Shown in pieces: positions 42,001 to 55,700 of a DNA stretch of 64,000 nucleotides. The DNA lies in the NCBI GenBank assembly GCA_964016885.1, contig OZ024758.1, positions 35,898,001 to 35,962,000 on the forward strand, read 5' to 3'. Position 1 is the stretch's first letter, and the number at the start of each line of letters is the position of its first letter. The translations under genes were made by a program, and so were the position numbers. This DNA is from Eledone cirrhosa (taxonomy: Eukaryota). The notes under the pieces are model-generated. The model saw nothing but the letters and a program-made list of their open reading frames with translations. It searched no databases and was not told the origin of the DNA.

Positions 42001-44100
42001 GCTGTCAGAAGGAACGCCACTGTTGGTGAGAATTCATTTAAGTTCATGGTATTAGCTGTCAGAAGTAACTCCACTGTTGGTGAGAATTCATTTAAGTTCA
42101 TGGTACTAGCTGTCAGAAGTAACTCCAATGTTGGTGAGAATTCATTTAAGTTCATGGTATTAGCTGTCAGAAGGAACTCCACTGTTGCTGAGAATTCATT
42201 TAAGTTCATGGTATTAGCTGTCAGAAGTAACTCCACTGTTGGTGAGAATTCATTTAAGTTCATGGTACTAGCTGTCAGAAGTAACTCCACTGTTGGTGAG
42301 AATTCATTTAAGTTCATGGTATTAGCTGTCAGAAGTCACTCCAATGTTGGTGAGAATTCATTTAGGTTCATGGTATTAGCTGTCAGAAGTCACTCCACTG
42401 TTGGTGAGAATTCATTTTAGTTCATGGTACTAGCTGGCAGAAGTAAGCCCAATGTTGGTGAGAATTCATTTAAGTTCATGGTATTAGCTGTCAGAAGTCA
42501 CTCCAATGTTGGTGAGAATTCATTTAAGTTCATGGTATTAGCTGTCAGAAGTAACTCCACTGTTGGTGAGAATTCATTTATGTTCATGGTATTAGTTTGC
42601 CAGAAGTAACTCCACTGTTGGTGAGAATTCATTTAAGTCATGGTATTAGTTGTCAGAAGTAACTCCAATGTTGGTGAGAATTCATTTAAGTTCATGGTAT
42701 TAGCTGTCAGAAGGAACTCCACTGTTGGTGAGAATTCATTTAAGTTCATGGTATTAGCTGTCAGAAGGAACTCCAATGTTGGTGAGAATTCATTTAAGTC
42801 ATGGTACTAGCTGTCAGAAGTAACTCCACTGTTGGTGAGAATTCATTTAAGTTCATGGTATTAGCTGTCAGAAGGAACGCCACTGTTGGTGAGAATTCAT
42901 TTAAGTTCATGGTATTAGCTGTCAGAAGTAACTCCACTGTTGGTGAGAATTCATTTAAGTTCATGGCACTAGCTGTCAGAAGTAACTCCAATGTTGGTGA
43001 GAATTCATTTAAGTTCATGGTATTAGCTGTCAGAAGGAACTCCACTGTTGGTGAGAATTCATTTAAGTTCATGGTATTAGCTGTCAGAAGTAACTCCACT
43101 GTTGGTGAGAATTCATTTAAGTCATGGTATTAGCTGTCAGAAGTAACTCCATTGTTGGTGAGAATTCAATTAAGTCATGGTACTAGCTGTCAGAAGTAAC
43201 TCCAATGTTGGTGAGAATTCATTTAAGTTCATGTTATTAGCTGTCAGAAGGAACTCCACTGTTGGTGAGAATTCATTTAAGTTCATGGTATTAGCTGTCA
43301 GAAGTAACTCCACTGTTGGTGAGAATTCATTTAAGTTCATGGTATTAGCTGTCAGAAGTAACTGCACCGTTGGTGAGAATTCATTTAAGTTCATGGTACT
43401 AGCTGTCAGAAGTAACTCCAATGTTGGTGAGAATTCATTTAAGTTCATGGTATTAGCTATCAGAAGTAACTCCACTGTTGGTGAGAATTCATTTAAGTTC
43501 ATGGTATTAGCTGTCAGAAGTAACTCCACTGTTGGTGAGAATTCATTTAAGTTCATGGTATTAGCTGTCAGAAGTAACTCCACTGTTGGTGAGAATTCAT
43601 TTAAGTTCATGGTACTAGCTGTCAGAAGTAACTCCAATGTTGGTGAGAATTCATTTAAGTTCATGGTATTAGCTGTCAGAAGTAACTCCACTGTTGGTGA
43701 GAATTCATTTAAGTCATGGTATTAGCTGTCAGAAGTAACTCCACTGTTGGTGAGAATTCATTTAAGTTCATGGTATTAGCTGTCAGAAGTAACTCCACTG
43801 TTGGTGAGAATTCATTTAAGTTCATGGTACTAGCTGTCAGAAGTAACTCCAATGTTGGTGAGAATTCATTTAAGTTCATGGTATTAGCTGTCAGAAGTAA
43901 CTCCACTGTTGGTGAGAATTCATTTAAGTCATGGTATTAGCTGTCAGAAGTAACTCCACTGTTGGTGAGAATTCATTTAAGTTCATGGTATTAGCTGTCA
44001 GAAGTAACTCCACTGTTGGTGAGAATTCATTTAAGTTCATGGTATTAGCTGTCAGAAGTAACTCCACTGTTGGTGAGAATTCATTTAAGTTCATGGTAAT
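36070..44100. repeat. Block duplication with offset 4627 (86 monomers), falling to 4090 after a 537-bp (10-monomer) local duplication in the first copy
   Basis: ORF pairs 36342/40969, 36665/41292, 37149/41776, 37797/42424 and 38174/42801. Private variants AGAAGAAAATCC (37009/41636), TTCAGGGT, TTTTAGTTC and GTAAGCCC occur in both copies. Pair 38174/38711 gives 537 and 39087/43177 gives 4090. Confidence 0.92.
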
Positions 44101-46499
44101 AGCTGTCAGAAGTAACTCCACTGTTGGTGAGAATTCATTTAAGTCATGGTATTAGTTGTCAGAAGTAACTCCAATGTTGGTGAGAATTCATTTAAGTTCA
44201 TGGTACTAGCTGTCAGAAGTAACTCCACTGTTGGTGAGAATTCATTTAAGTTCATGGTAATAGCTGTCAGAAGTAACTCCACTGTTGGTGAGAATTCATT
44301 TAAGTCATGGTATTAGTTGTCAGAAGTAACTCCAATGTTGGTGAGAATTCATTTAAGTTCATGGTACTAGCTGTCAGAAGTAACTCCACTGTTGGTGAGA
44401 ATTCATTTAAGTTCATGGTAATAGCTGTCAGAAGTAACTCCACTGTTGGTGAGAATTCATTTAAGTCATGGTATTAGCTGTCAGAAGTAACTCCAATGTT
44501 GGTGAGAATTCATTTAAGTCATGGTACTAGCTGTCAGAAGTAACTTCAATGTTGGTGAGAATTCATTTAAGTTCATGGTATTAGCTGTCAGAAGTAACTC
44601 CACTGTTGGTGAGAATTCATTTAAGTTCATGGTATTAGCTGTCAGAAGTAACTCCACTGTTGGTGAGAATTCATTTAAGTCATGGTATTAGCTGTCAGAA
44701 GTAACTCCAATGTTGGTGAGAATTCATTTAAGTTCATGGTATTAGCTGTCAGAAGTCACTCCACTGTTGGTGAGAATTCATTTAAGTCATGGTATTAGCT
44801 GTCAGAAGTAACTCCATTGTTGGTGAGAATTCAATTAAGTCATGGTACTAGCTGTCAGAAGTAACTCCAATGTTGGTGAGAATTCATTTAAGTTCATGTT
44901 ATTAGCTGTCAGAAGGAACTCCACTGTTGGTGAGAATTCATTTAAGTTCATGGTATTAGCTGTCAGAAGTAACTCCACTGTTGGTGAGAATTCATTTAAG
45001 TTCATGGTATTAGCTGTCAGAAGTAACTGCACCGTTGGTGAGAATTCATTTAAGTTCATGGTACTAGCTGTCAGAAGTAACTCCAATGTTGGTGAGAATT
45101 CATTTAAGTTCATGGTATTAGTTGTCAGAAGTAACTCCACTGTTGGTGAGAATTCATTTAAGTTCATGGTATTAGCTGTCAGAAGTAACTCCACTGTTGG
45201 TGAGAATTCATTTAAGTTCATGGTATTAGCTGTCAGAAGTAACTCCACTGTTGGTGAGAATTCATTTAAGTTCATGGTACTAGCTGTCAGAAGTAACTCC
45301 AATGTTGGTGAGAATTCATTTAAGTTCATGGTATTAGCTGTCAGAAGTAACTCCACTGTTGGTGAGAATTCATTTAAGTCATGGTATTAGCTGTCAGAAG
45401 TAACTCCACTGTTGGTGAGAATTCATTTAAGTTCATGGTATTAGCTGTCAGAAGTAACTCCACTGTTGGTGAGAATTCATTTAAGTTCATGGTACTAGCT
45501 GTCAGAAGTAACTCCAATGTTGGTGAGAATTCATTTAAGTTCATGGTATTAGCTGTCAGAAGTAACTCCACTGTTGGTGAGAATTCATTTAAGTCATGGT
45601 ATTAGCTGTCAGAAGTAACTCCACTGTTGGTGAGAATTCATTTAAGTTCATGGTATTAGCTGTCAGAAGTAACTCCACTGTTGGTGAGAATTCATTTAAG
45701 TTCATGGTATTAGCTGTCAGATGTAACTCCACTGTTGGTGAGAATTCATTTAAGTTCATGGTATTAGTTTGTCAGAAGTAACTCCACTGTTGGTGAGAAT
45801 TCATTTAAGTCATGGTATTAGTTGTCAGAAGTAACTCCAATGTTGGTGAGAATTCATTTAAGTTCATGGTACTAGCTGTCAGAAGTAACTCCACTGTTGG
45901 TGAGAATTCATTTAAGTTCATGGTAATAGCTGTCAGAAGTAACTCCACTGTTGGTGAGAATTCATTTAAGTCATGGTATTAGCTGTCAGAAGTAACTCCA
46001 ATGTTGGTGAGAATTCATTTAAGTCATGGTACTAGCTGTCAGAAGTAACTCCAATGTTGGTGAGAATTCATTTAAGTTCATGGTATTAGCTGTCAGAAGT
46101 AACTCCACTGTTGGTGAGAATTCATTTAAGTTCATGGTATTAGCTGTCAGAAGTAACTCCACTGTTGGTGAGAATTCATTTAAGTCATGGTATTAGCTGT
46201 CAGAAGTAACTCCAATGTTGGTGAGAATTCATTTAAGTTCATGGTATTAGCTGTCAGAAGGAACGCCACTGTTGGTGAGAATTCATTTAAGTTCATGGTA
46301 TTAGCTGTCAGAAGTAACTCCACTGTTGGTGAGAATTCATTTAAGTTCATGCTACTAGCTGTCAGAAGTAACTCCTATGTTGGTGAGAATTCATTTAAGT
46401 TCATGGTATTAGCTGTCAGAAGGAACTCCACTGTTGCTGAGAATTCATTTAAGTTCATGGTATTAGCTGTCAGAAGTAACTCCACTGTTGGTGAGAATT

Positions 46500-49400
46500 C
46501 ATTTAAGTTCATGGTGCTAGCTGTCAGAAGTAACTCCACTGTTGGTGAGAATTCATTTAAGTTCATGGTATTAGCTGTCAGAAGTAACTCCACTGTTGGT
46601 GAGAATTCATTTAAGTTCATGGTATTAGCTGTCAGAAGTAACTCCACTGTTGGTGAGAATTCATTTAAGTTCATGGTATTAGCTGTCAGAAGTAACTCCA
46701 CTGTTAGTGAGAATTCATTTAAGTTCATGGTATTAGCTGTCAGAAGTAACTCCACTGTTGGTGAGAATTCATTTAAGTTCATGGTACTAGCTGTCAGAAG
46801 TAACTTCACTGTTGGTGAGAATTCATTTAAGTTCATGGTATTAGCTGTCAGAAGTAACTCCACTGTTGGTGAGAATTCATTTAAGTCATGGTATTAGCTG
46901 TCAGAAGTAACTCCATTGTTGGTGAGAATTCATTTAAGTCATGGTACTAGCTGTCAGAAGTAACTCCACTGTTGGTGAGAATTCATTTAAGTTCATGGTA
47001 CTAGCTGTCAGAAGTAACTCCACTGTTGGTGAGAATTCATTTAAGTTCATGGTACTAGCTGTCAGAAGTAACTCCACTGTTGGTGAGAATTCATTTAAGT
47101 TCATGGTACTAGCTGTCAGAAGTAACTCCACTGTTGGTGAGAATTCATTTAAGTTCATGGTACTAGCTGTCAGAAGTAACTCCAATGTTGGTGAGAATTC
47201 ATTTAAGTCATGGTACTAGCTGTCAGAAGTAACTCCACTGTTGGTGAGAATTCATTTAAGTTCATGGTATTAGCTGTCAGAAGGAACTCCACTGTTGGTG
47301 AGAATTCATTTAAGTTCATGGTATTAGCTGTCAGAAGTAACTCCACTGTTGGTGAGAATTCATTTAAGTTCATGGTACTAGCTGTCAGAAGTAACTCCAA
47401 TGTTGGTGAGAATTCATTTAAGTTCATGGTATTAGCTGTCAGAAGTAACTCCACTGTTGGTGAGAATTCATTTAAGTTCATGGTACTAGCTGTCAGAAGT
47501 AACCCCAATGTAGGTGAGAATTCATTTAAGTTCATGGTATTAGCTGTCAGAAGTCACTCCACTGTTGGTGAGAATTCATTTAAGTTCATGGTATTAGCTG
47601 TCAGAAGTAACTCCACTGTTGGTGAGAATTCATTTAAGTTCATGGTATTAGCTGTCAGAAGTAACTCCACTGTTGGTGAGAATTCATTTAAGTTCATGGT
47701 ATTAGCTGTCAGAAGTAACTCCACTGTTGGGGAGAATTCATTTAAGTTCATGGTACTAGCTGTCAGAAGTAACTCCACCGTTGGTGAGAATTCATTTAAG
47801 TTCATGGTATTAGCTGTCAGAAGTAACTCCACTGTTGGTGAGAATTCATTTAAGTCATGGTATTAGCTGTCAGAAGTAACTCCATTGTTGGTGAGAATTC
47901 ATTTAAGTCATGGTACTAGCTGTCAGAAGTAACTCCACTGTTGGTGAGAATTCATTTAAGTTCATGGTACTAGCTGTCAGAAGTAACTCCACTGTTGGTG
48001 AGAATTCATTTAAGTTCATGGTACTAGCTGTCAGAAGTAACTCCACTGTTGGTGAGAATTCATTTAAGTCATGGTATTAGCTGTCAGAAGTAACTCCATT
48101 GTTGGTGAGAATTCATTTAAGTCATGGTACTAGCTGTCAGAAGTAACTCCACTGTTGGTGAGAATTCATTTAAGTTCATGGTATTAGCTGTCAGAAGTAA
48201 CTCCACTGTTGGTGAGAATTCATTTAAGTCATGGTATTAGCTGTCAGAAGTAACTCCATTGTTGGTGAGAATTCATTTAAGTCATGGTACTAGCTGTCAG
48301 AAGTAACTCCACTGTTGGTGAGAATTCATTTAAGTCATGGTATTAGCTGTCAGAAGTAACTCCAATGTTGGTGAGAATTCATTTAAGTCATGGTACTAGC
48401 TGTCAGAAGTAACTCCAATGTTGGTGAGAATTCATTTAAGTTCATGGTATTAGCTGTCAGAAGTAACTCCACTGTTGGTGAGAATTCATTTAAGTTCATG
48501 GTATTAGCTGTCAGAAGTAACTCCACTGTTGGTGAGAATTCATTTAAGTCATGGTATTAGCTGTCAGAAGTAACTCCAATGTTGGTGAGAATTCATTTAA
48601 GTTCATGGTATTAGCTGTCAGAAGTCACTCCACTGTTGGTGAGAATTCATTTAAGTCATGGTATTAGCTGTCAGAAGTAACTCCATTGTTGGTGAGAATT
48701 CAATTAAGTCATGGTACTAGCTGTCAGAAGTAACTCCAATGTTGGTGAGAATTCATTTAAGTTCATGTTATTAGCTGTCAGAAGGAACTCCACTGTTGGT
48801 GAGAATTCATTTAAGTTCATGGTGCTAGCTGTCAGAAGTAACTCCACTGTTGGTGAGAATTCATTTAAGTTCATGGTATTAGCTGTCAGAAGTAACTCCA
48901 CTGTTGGTGAGAATTCATTTAAGTTCATGGTATTAGCTGTCAGAAGTAACTCCACTGTTGGTGAGAATTCATTTAAGTTCATGGTATTAGCTGTCAGAAG
49001 TAACTCCACTGTTAGTGAGAATTCATTTAAGTTCATGGTATTAGCTGTCAGAAGTAACTCCACTGTTGGTGAGAATTCATTTAAGTTCATGGTACTAGCT
49101 GTCAGAAGTAACTTCACTGTTGGTGAGAATTCATTTAAGTTCATGGTATTAGCTGTCAGAAGTAACTCCACTGTTGGTGAGAATTCATTTAAGTCATGGT
49201 ACTAGCTGTCAGAAGTAACTCCACTGTTGGTGAGAATTCATTTAAGTTCATGGTACTAGCTGTCAGAAGTAACTCCACTGTTGGTGAGAATTCATTTAAG
49301 TTCATGGTACTAGCTGTCAGAAGTAACTCCACTGTTGGTGAGAATTCATTTAAGTTCATGGTACTAGCTGTCAGAAGTAACTCCAATGTTGGTGAGAATT

Positions 49401-51020
49401 CATTTAAGTCATGGTACTAGCTGTCAGAAGTAACTCCACTGTTGGTGAGAATTCATTTAAGTTCATGGTATTAGCTGTCAGAAGGAACTCCACTGTTGGT
49501 GAGAATTCATTTAAGTTCATGGTATTAGCTGTCAGAAGTAACTCCACTGTTGGTGAGAATTCATTTAAGTTCATGGTACTAGCTGTCAGAAGTAACTCCA
49601 ATGTTGGTGAGAATTCATTTAAGTTCATGGTATTAGCTGTCAGAAGTAACTCCACTGTTGGTGAGAATTCATTTAAGTTCATGGTACTAGCTGTCAGAAG
49701 TAACCCCAATGTAGGTGAGAATTCATTTAAGTTCATGGTATTAGCCGTCAGAAGTCACTCCACTGTTGGTGAGAATTCATTTAAGTTCATGGTATTAGCT
49801 GTCAGAAGTAACTCCACTGTTGGTGAGAATTCATTTAAGTTCATGGTATTAGCTGTCAGAAGTAACTCCACTGTTGGTGAGAATTCATTTAAGTTCATGG
49901 TATTAGCTGTCAGAAGTAACTCCACTGTTGGGGAGAATTCATTTAAGTTCATGGTACTAGCTGTCAGAAGTAACTCCACCGTTGGTGAGAATTCATTTAA
50001 GTTCATGGTATTAGCTGTCAGAAGTAACTCCACTGTTGGTGAGAATTCATTTAAGTCATGGTATTAGCTGTCAGAAGTAACTCCATTGTTGGTGAGAATT
50101 CATTTAAGTCATGGTACTAGCTGTCAGAAGTAACTCCACTGTTGGTGAGAATTCATTTAAGTTCATGGTACTAGCTGTCAGAAGTAACTCCACTGTTGGT
50201 GAGAATTCATTTAAGTTCATGGTACTAGCTGTCAGAAGTAACTCCACTGTTGGTGAGAATTCATTTAAGTCATGGTATTAGCTGTCAGAAGTAACTCCAT
50301 TGTTGGTGAGAATTCATTTAAGTCATGGTACTAGCTGTCAGAAGTAACTCCACTGTTGGTGAGAATTCATTTAAGTTCATGGTATTAGCTGTCAGAAGTA
50401 ACTCCACTGTTGGTGAGAATTCATTTAAGTCATGGTATTAGCTGTCAGAAGTAACTCCATTGTTGGTGAGAATTCATTTAAGTCATGGTACTAGCTGTCA
50501 GAAGTAACTCCACTGTTGGTGAGAATTCATTTAAGTCATGGTATTAGCTGTCAGAAGTAACTCCAATGTTGGTGAGAATTCATTTAAGTCATGGTACTAG
50601 CTGTCAGAAGTAACTCCAATGTTGGTGAGAATTCATTTAAGTTCATGGTATTAGCTGTCAGAAGTAACTCCACTGTTGGTGAGAATTCATTTAAGTTCAT
50701 GGTATTAGCTGTCAGAAGTAACTCCACTGTTGGTGAGAATTCATTTAAGTCATGGTATTAGCTGTCAGAAGTAACTCCAATGTTGGTGAGAATTCATTTA
50801 AGTTCATGGTATTAGCTGTCAGAAGTCACTCCACTGTTGGTGAGAATTCATTTAAGTCATGGTATTAGCTGTCAGAAGTAACTCCATTGTTGGTGAGAAT
50901 TCAATTAAGTCATGGTACTAGCTGTCAGAAGTAACTCCAATGTTGGTGAGAATTCATTTAAGTTCATGTTATTAGCTGTCAGAAGGAACTCCACTGTTGG
51001 TGAGAATTCATTTAAGTTCA
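46500..51020. repeat. Tandem duplication, ~2201-bp (41-monomer) unit
   Basis: ORF pairs 47210/49411 and 48711/50912. Private variants TTGGGGAG (47731/49932), CCCAATGTAGG, GTTAGTGAG and AACTTCAC are each seen twice. Confidence 0.9.
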
Positions 51021-52799
51021 TGGTATTAGCTGTCAGAAGTAACTCCACTGTTGGTGAGAATTCATTTAAGTTCATGGTATTAGCTGTCAGAAGTAACTGC
51101 ACCGTTGGTGAGAATTCATTTAAGTTCATGGTACTAGCTGTCAGAAGTAACTCCAATGTTGGTGAGAATTCATTTAAGTTCATGGTATTAGTTGTCAGAA
51201 GTAACTCCACTGTTGGTGAGAATTCATTTAAGTTCATGGTATTAGCTGTCAGAAGTAACTCCACTGTTGGTGAGAATTCATTTAAGTTCATGGTATTAGC
51301 TGTCAGAAGTAACTCCACTGTTGGTGAGAATTCATTTAAGTTCATGGTACTAGCTGTCAGAAGTAACTCCAATGTTGGTGAGAATTCATTTAAGTTCATG
51401 GTATTAGTTTGTCAGAAGTAACTCCACTGTTGGTGAGAATTCATTTAAGTCATGGTATTAGTTGTCAGAAGTAACTCCAATGTTGGTGAGAATTCATTTA
51501 AGTTCATGGTACTAGCTGTCAGAAGTAACTCCACTGTTGGTGAGAATTCATTTAAGTTCATGGTAATAGCTGTCAGAAGTAACTCCACTGTTGGTGAGAA
51601 TTCATTTAAGTCATGGTATTAGCTGTCAGAAGTAACTCCAATGTTGGTGAGAATTCATTTAAGTCATGGTACTAGCTGTCAGAAGTAACTCCAATGTTGG
51701 TGAGAATTCATTTAAGTTCATGGTATTAGCTGTCAGAAGTAACTCCACTGTTGGTGAGAATTCATTTAAGTTCATGGTATTAGCTGTCAGAAGTAACTCC
51801 ACTGTTGGTGAGAATTCATTTAAGTCATGGTATTAGCTGTCAGAAGTAACTCCAATGTTGGTGAGAATTCATTTAAGTTCATGGTATTAGCTGTCAGAAG
51901 TCACTCCACTGTTGGTGAGAATTCATTTAAGTTCATGGTACTAGCTGTCAGAAGTAACCCCAATGTTGGTGAGAATTCATTTAAGTTCATGGTATTAGCT
52001 GTCAGAAGTCACTCCAATGTTGGTGAGAATTCATTTAAGTTCATGGTATTAGCTGTCAGAAGTAACTCCACTGTTGGTAAGAATTCATTTAAGTTCATGG
52101 TATTAGCTGTCAGAAGTAACTCCACTGTTGGTGAGAATTCATTTAAGTTCATGGTATTAGCTGTCAGAAGGAACGCCACTGTTGGTGAGAATTCATTTAA
52201 GTTCATGGTATTAGCTGTCAGAAGTAACTCCACTGTTGGTGAGAATTCATTTAAGTTCATGCTACTAGCTGTCAGAAGTAACTCCTATGTTGGTGAGAAT
52301 TCATTTAAGTTCATGGTATTAGCTGTCAGAAGGAACTCCACTGTTGCTGAGCATTCATTTAAGTTCATGGTATTAGCTGTCAGAAGTAACTCCACTGTTG
52401 GTGAGAATTCATTTAAGTTCATGGTGCTAGCTGTCAGAAGTAACTCCACTGTTGGTGAGAATTCATTTAAGTTCATGGTATTAGCTGTCAGAAGTAACTC
52501 CACTGTTGGTGAGAATTCATTTAAGTTCATGGTATTAGCTGACAGAAGTCACTCCACTGTTGGTGAGAATTCATTTAAGTTCATGGTATTAGCTGACAGA
52601 AGTCACTCCACTGTTGGTGAGGATTCATTTAAGTTCATGGTACTAGCTGTCAGAAGTAACTCCAATGTTGGTGAGAATTCATTTAAATTCATGGTATTAG
52701 CTGTCAGAAGTAACTCCACTGTTGGTGAGAATTCATTTAAGTTCATGGTATTAGCTGTCAGAAGTAACTCCACTGTTGGTGAGAATTCATTTAAGTTCA

Positions 52800-55700
52800 T
52801 GGTATTAGCTGTCAGAAGTAACTCCACTGTTGGTGAGAATTCATTTAAGTCCATGGTACTAGCTGTCAGAAGTAACTCCAATGTTGGTGAGAATTCATTT
52901 AAGTTCATGGTATTAGCTGTCAGAAGTAACTCCACTGTTGGTGAGAATTCATTTAAGTCATGGTATTAGCTGTCAGAAGTAACTCCACTGTTGGTGAGAA
53001 TTCATTTAATTTCATGGTATTAGCTGTCAGAAGTAACTCCACTGTTGGTGAGAATTCATTTAAGTCATGGTATTAGCTGTCAGAAGTAACTCCACTGTTG
53101 GTGAGAATTCATTTAAGTTCATGGTATTAGCTGTCAGAAGTAACTCCACTGTTGGTGAGAATTCATTTAAGTTCATGGTATTAGCCGTCAGAAGTAACTC
53201 CACTGTTGGTGAGAATTCATTTAAGTTCATGGTATTAGTTTGTCAGAAGTAACTCCACTGTTGGTGAGAATTCATTTAAGTCATGGTATTAGTTGTCAGA
53301 AGTAACTCCAATGTTGGTGAGAATTCATTTAAGTTCATGGTACTAGCTGTCAGAAGTAACTCCACTGTTGGTGAGAATTCATTTAAGTTCATGGTATTAG
53401 CTGTCAGAAGTAACTCCACTGTTGGTGAGAATTCATTTAAGTCATGGTACTGGCTGTCAGAAGTAACTCCAATGTTGGTGAGAATTCATTTAAGTTCATG
53501 GTATTAGCTGTCAGAAGTAACTCCACTGTTGGTGAGAATTCATTTAAGTTCATGGTATTAGCTGACAGAAGTCACTCCACTGTTGGTGAGAATTCATTTA
53601 AGTTCATGGTATTAGCTGTCAGAAGTAACTCCACTGTTGGTGAGAATTCATTTAAGTCCATGGTACTAGCTGTCAGAAGTAACTCCAATGTTGGTGAGAA
53701 TTCATTTAAGTTCATGGTATTAGCTGTCAGAAGTAACTCCACTGTTGGTGAGAATTCATTTAAGTCATGGTATTAGCTGTCAGAAATAACTCCACTGTTG
53801 GTGAGAATTCATTTAAGTTCATGGTATTAGCTGTCAGAAGTAACTCCACTGTTGGTGAGAATTCATTTAAGTCATGGTATTAGCTGTCAGAAGTAACTCC
53901 ACTGTTGGTGAGAATTCATTTAAGTTCATGGTATTAGCTGTCAGAAGTAACTCCACTGTTGGTGAGAATTCATTTAAGTTCATGGTATTAGCTGTCAGAA
54001 GTAACTCCACTGTTGGTGAGAATTCATTTAAGTTCATGGTATTAGTTTGTCAGAAGTAACTCCACTGTTGGTGAGAATTCATTTAAGTCATGGTATTAGT
54101 TGTCAGAAGTAACTCCAATGTTGGTGAGAATTCATTTAAGTTCATGGTACTAGCTGTCAGAAGTAACTCCACTGTTGGTGAGAATTCATTTAAGTTCATG
54201 GTATTAGCTGTCAGAAGTAACTCCACTGTTGGTGAGAATTCATTTAAGTCATGGTACTGGCTGTCAGAAGTAACTCCAATGTTGGTGAGAATTCATTTAA
54301 GTTCATGGTATTAGCTGTCAGAAGTAACTCCACTGTTGGTGAGAATTCATTTAAGTTCATGGTATTAGCTGACAGAAGTCACTCCACTGTTGGTGAGAAT
54401 TCATTTAAGTTCATGGTACTAGCTGTCAGAAGTAACTCCAATGTTGGTGAGAATTCATTTAAATTCATGGTATTAGCTGTCAGAAGTAACTCCACTGTTG
54501 GTGAGAATTCATTTAAGTTCATGGTATTAGCTGTCAGAAGTAACTCCACTGTTGGTGAGAATTCATTTAAGTCATGGTATTAGCTGTCAGAAGTAACTCC
54601 ACTGTTGGTGAGAATTCATTTAAGTTCATGGTATTAGCTGTCAGAAGTAACTCCACTGTTGGTGAGAATTCATTTAAGTTCATGGTATTAGTTTGTCAGA
54701 AGTAACTCCACTGTTGGTGAGAATTCATTTAAGTCATGGTATTAGTTGTCAGAAGTAACTCCAATGTTGGTGAGAATTCATTTAAGTTCATGGTACTAGC
54801 TGTCAGAAGTAACTCCACTGTTGGTGAGAATTCATTCAAGTTCATGGTAATAGCTGTCAGAAGTAACTCCACTGTTGGTGAGAATTCATTTAAGTCATGG
54901 TATTAGCTGTCATAAGTAACTCCAATGTTGGTGAGAATTCATTTAAGTCATGGTACTAGCTGTCAGAAGTAACTCCAATGTTGGTGAGAATTCATTTAAG
55001 TTCATGGTATTAGCTGTCAGAAGTAACTCCACTGTTGGTGAGAATTCATTTAAGTTCATGGTATTAGCTGTCAGAAGTAACTCCACTGTTGGTGAGAATT
55101 CATTTAAGTCATGGTATTAGCTGTCAGAAGTAACTCCAATGTTGGTGAGAATTCATTTAAGTTCATGGTATTAGCTGTCAGAAGTCACTCCACTGTTGGT
55201 GAGAATTCATTTAGGTTCATGGTACTAGCTGTCAGAAGTAACCCCAATGTTGGTGAGAATTCATTTAAGTTCATGGTATTAGCTGTCAGAAGTCACTCCA
55301 ATGTTGGTGAGAATTCATTTAAGTTCATGGTATTAGCTGTCAGAAGTAACTCCACTGTTGGTAAGAATTCATTTAAGTTCATGGTATTAGCTGTCAGAAG
55401 TAACTCCACTGTTGGTGAGAATTCATTTAAGTTCATGGTATTAGCTGTCAGAAGGAACGCCACTGTTGGTGAGAATTCATTTAAGTTCATCTTATTAGCT
55501 GTCAGAAGTAACTCCACTGTTGGTGAGAATTCATTTAAGTTCATGCTACTAGCTGTCAGAAGTAACTCCTATGTTGGTGAGAATTCATTTAAGTTCATGG
55601 TATTAGCTGTCAGAAGGAACTCCACTGTTGCTGAGAATTCATTTAAGTTCATGGTATTAGCTGTCAGAAGTAACTCCTATGTTGGTGAGAATTCATTTAA

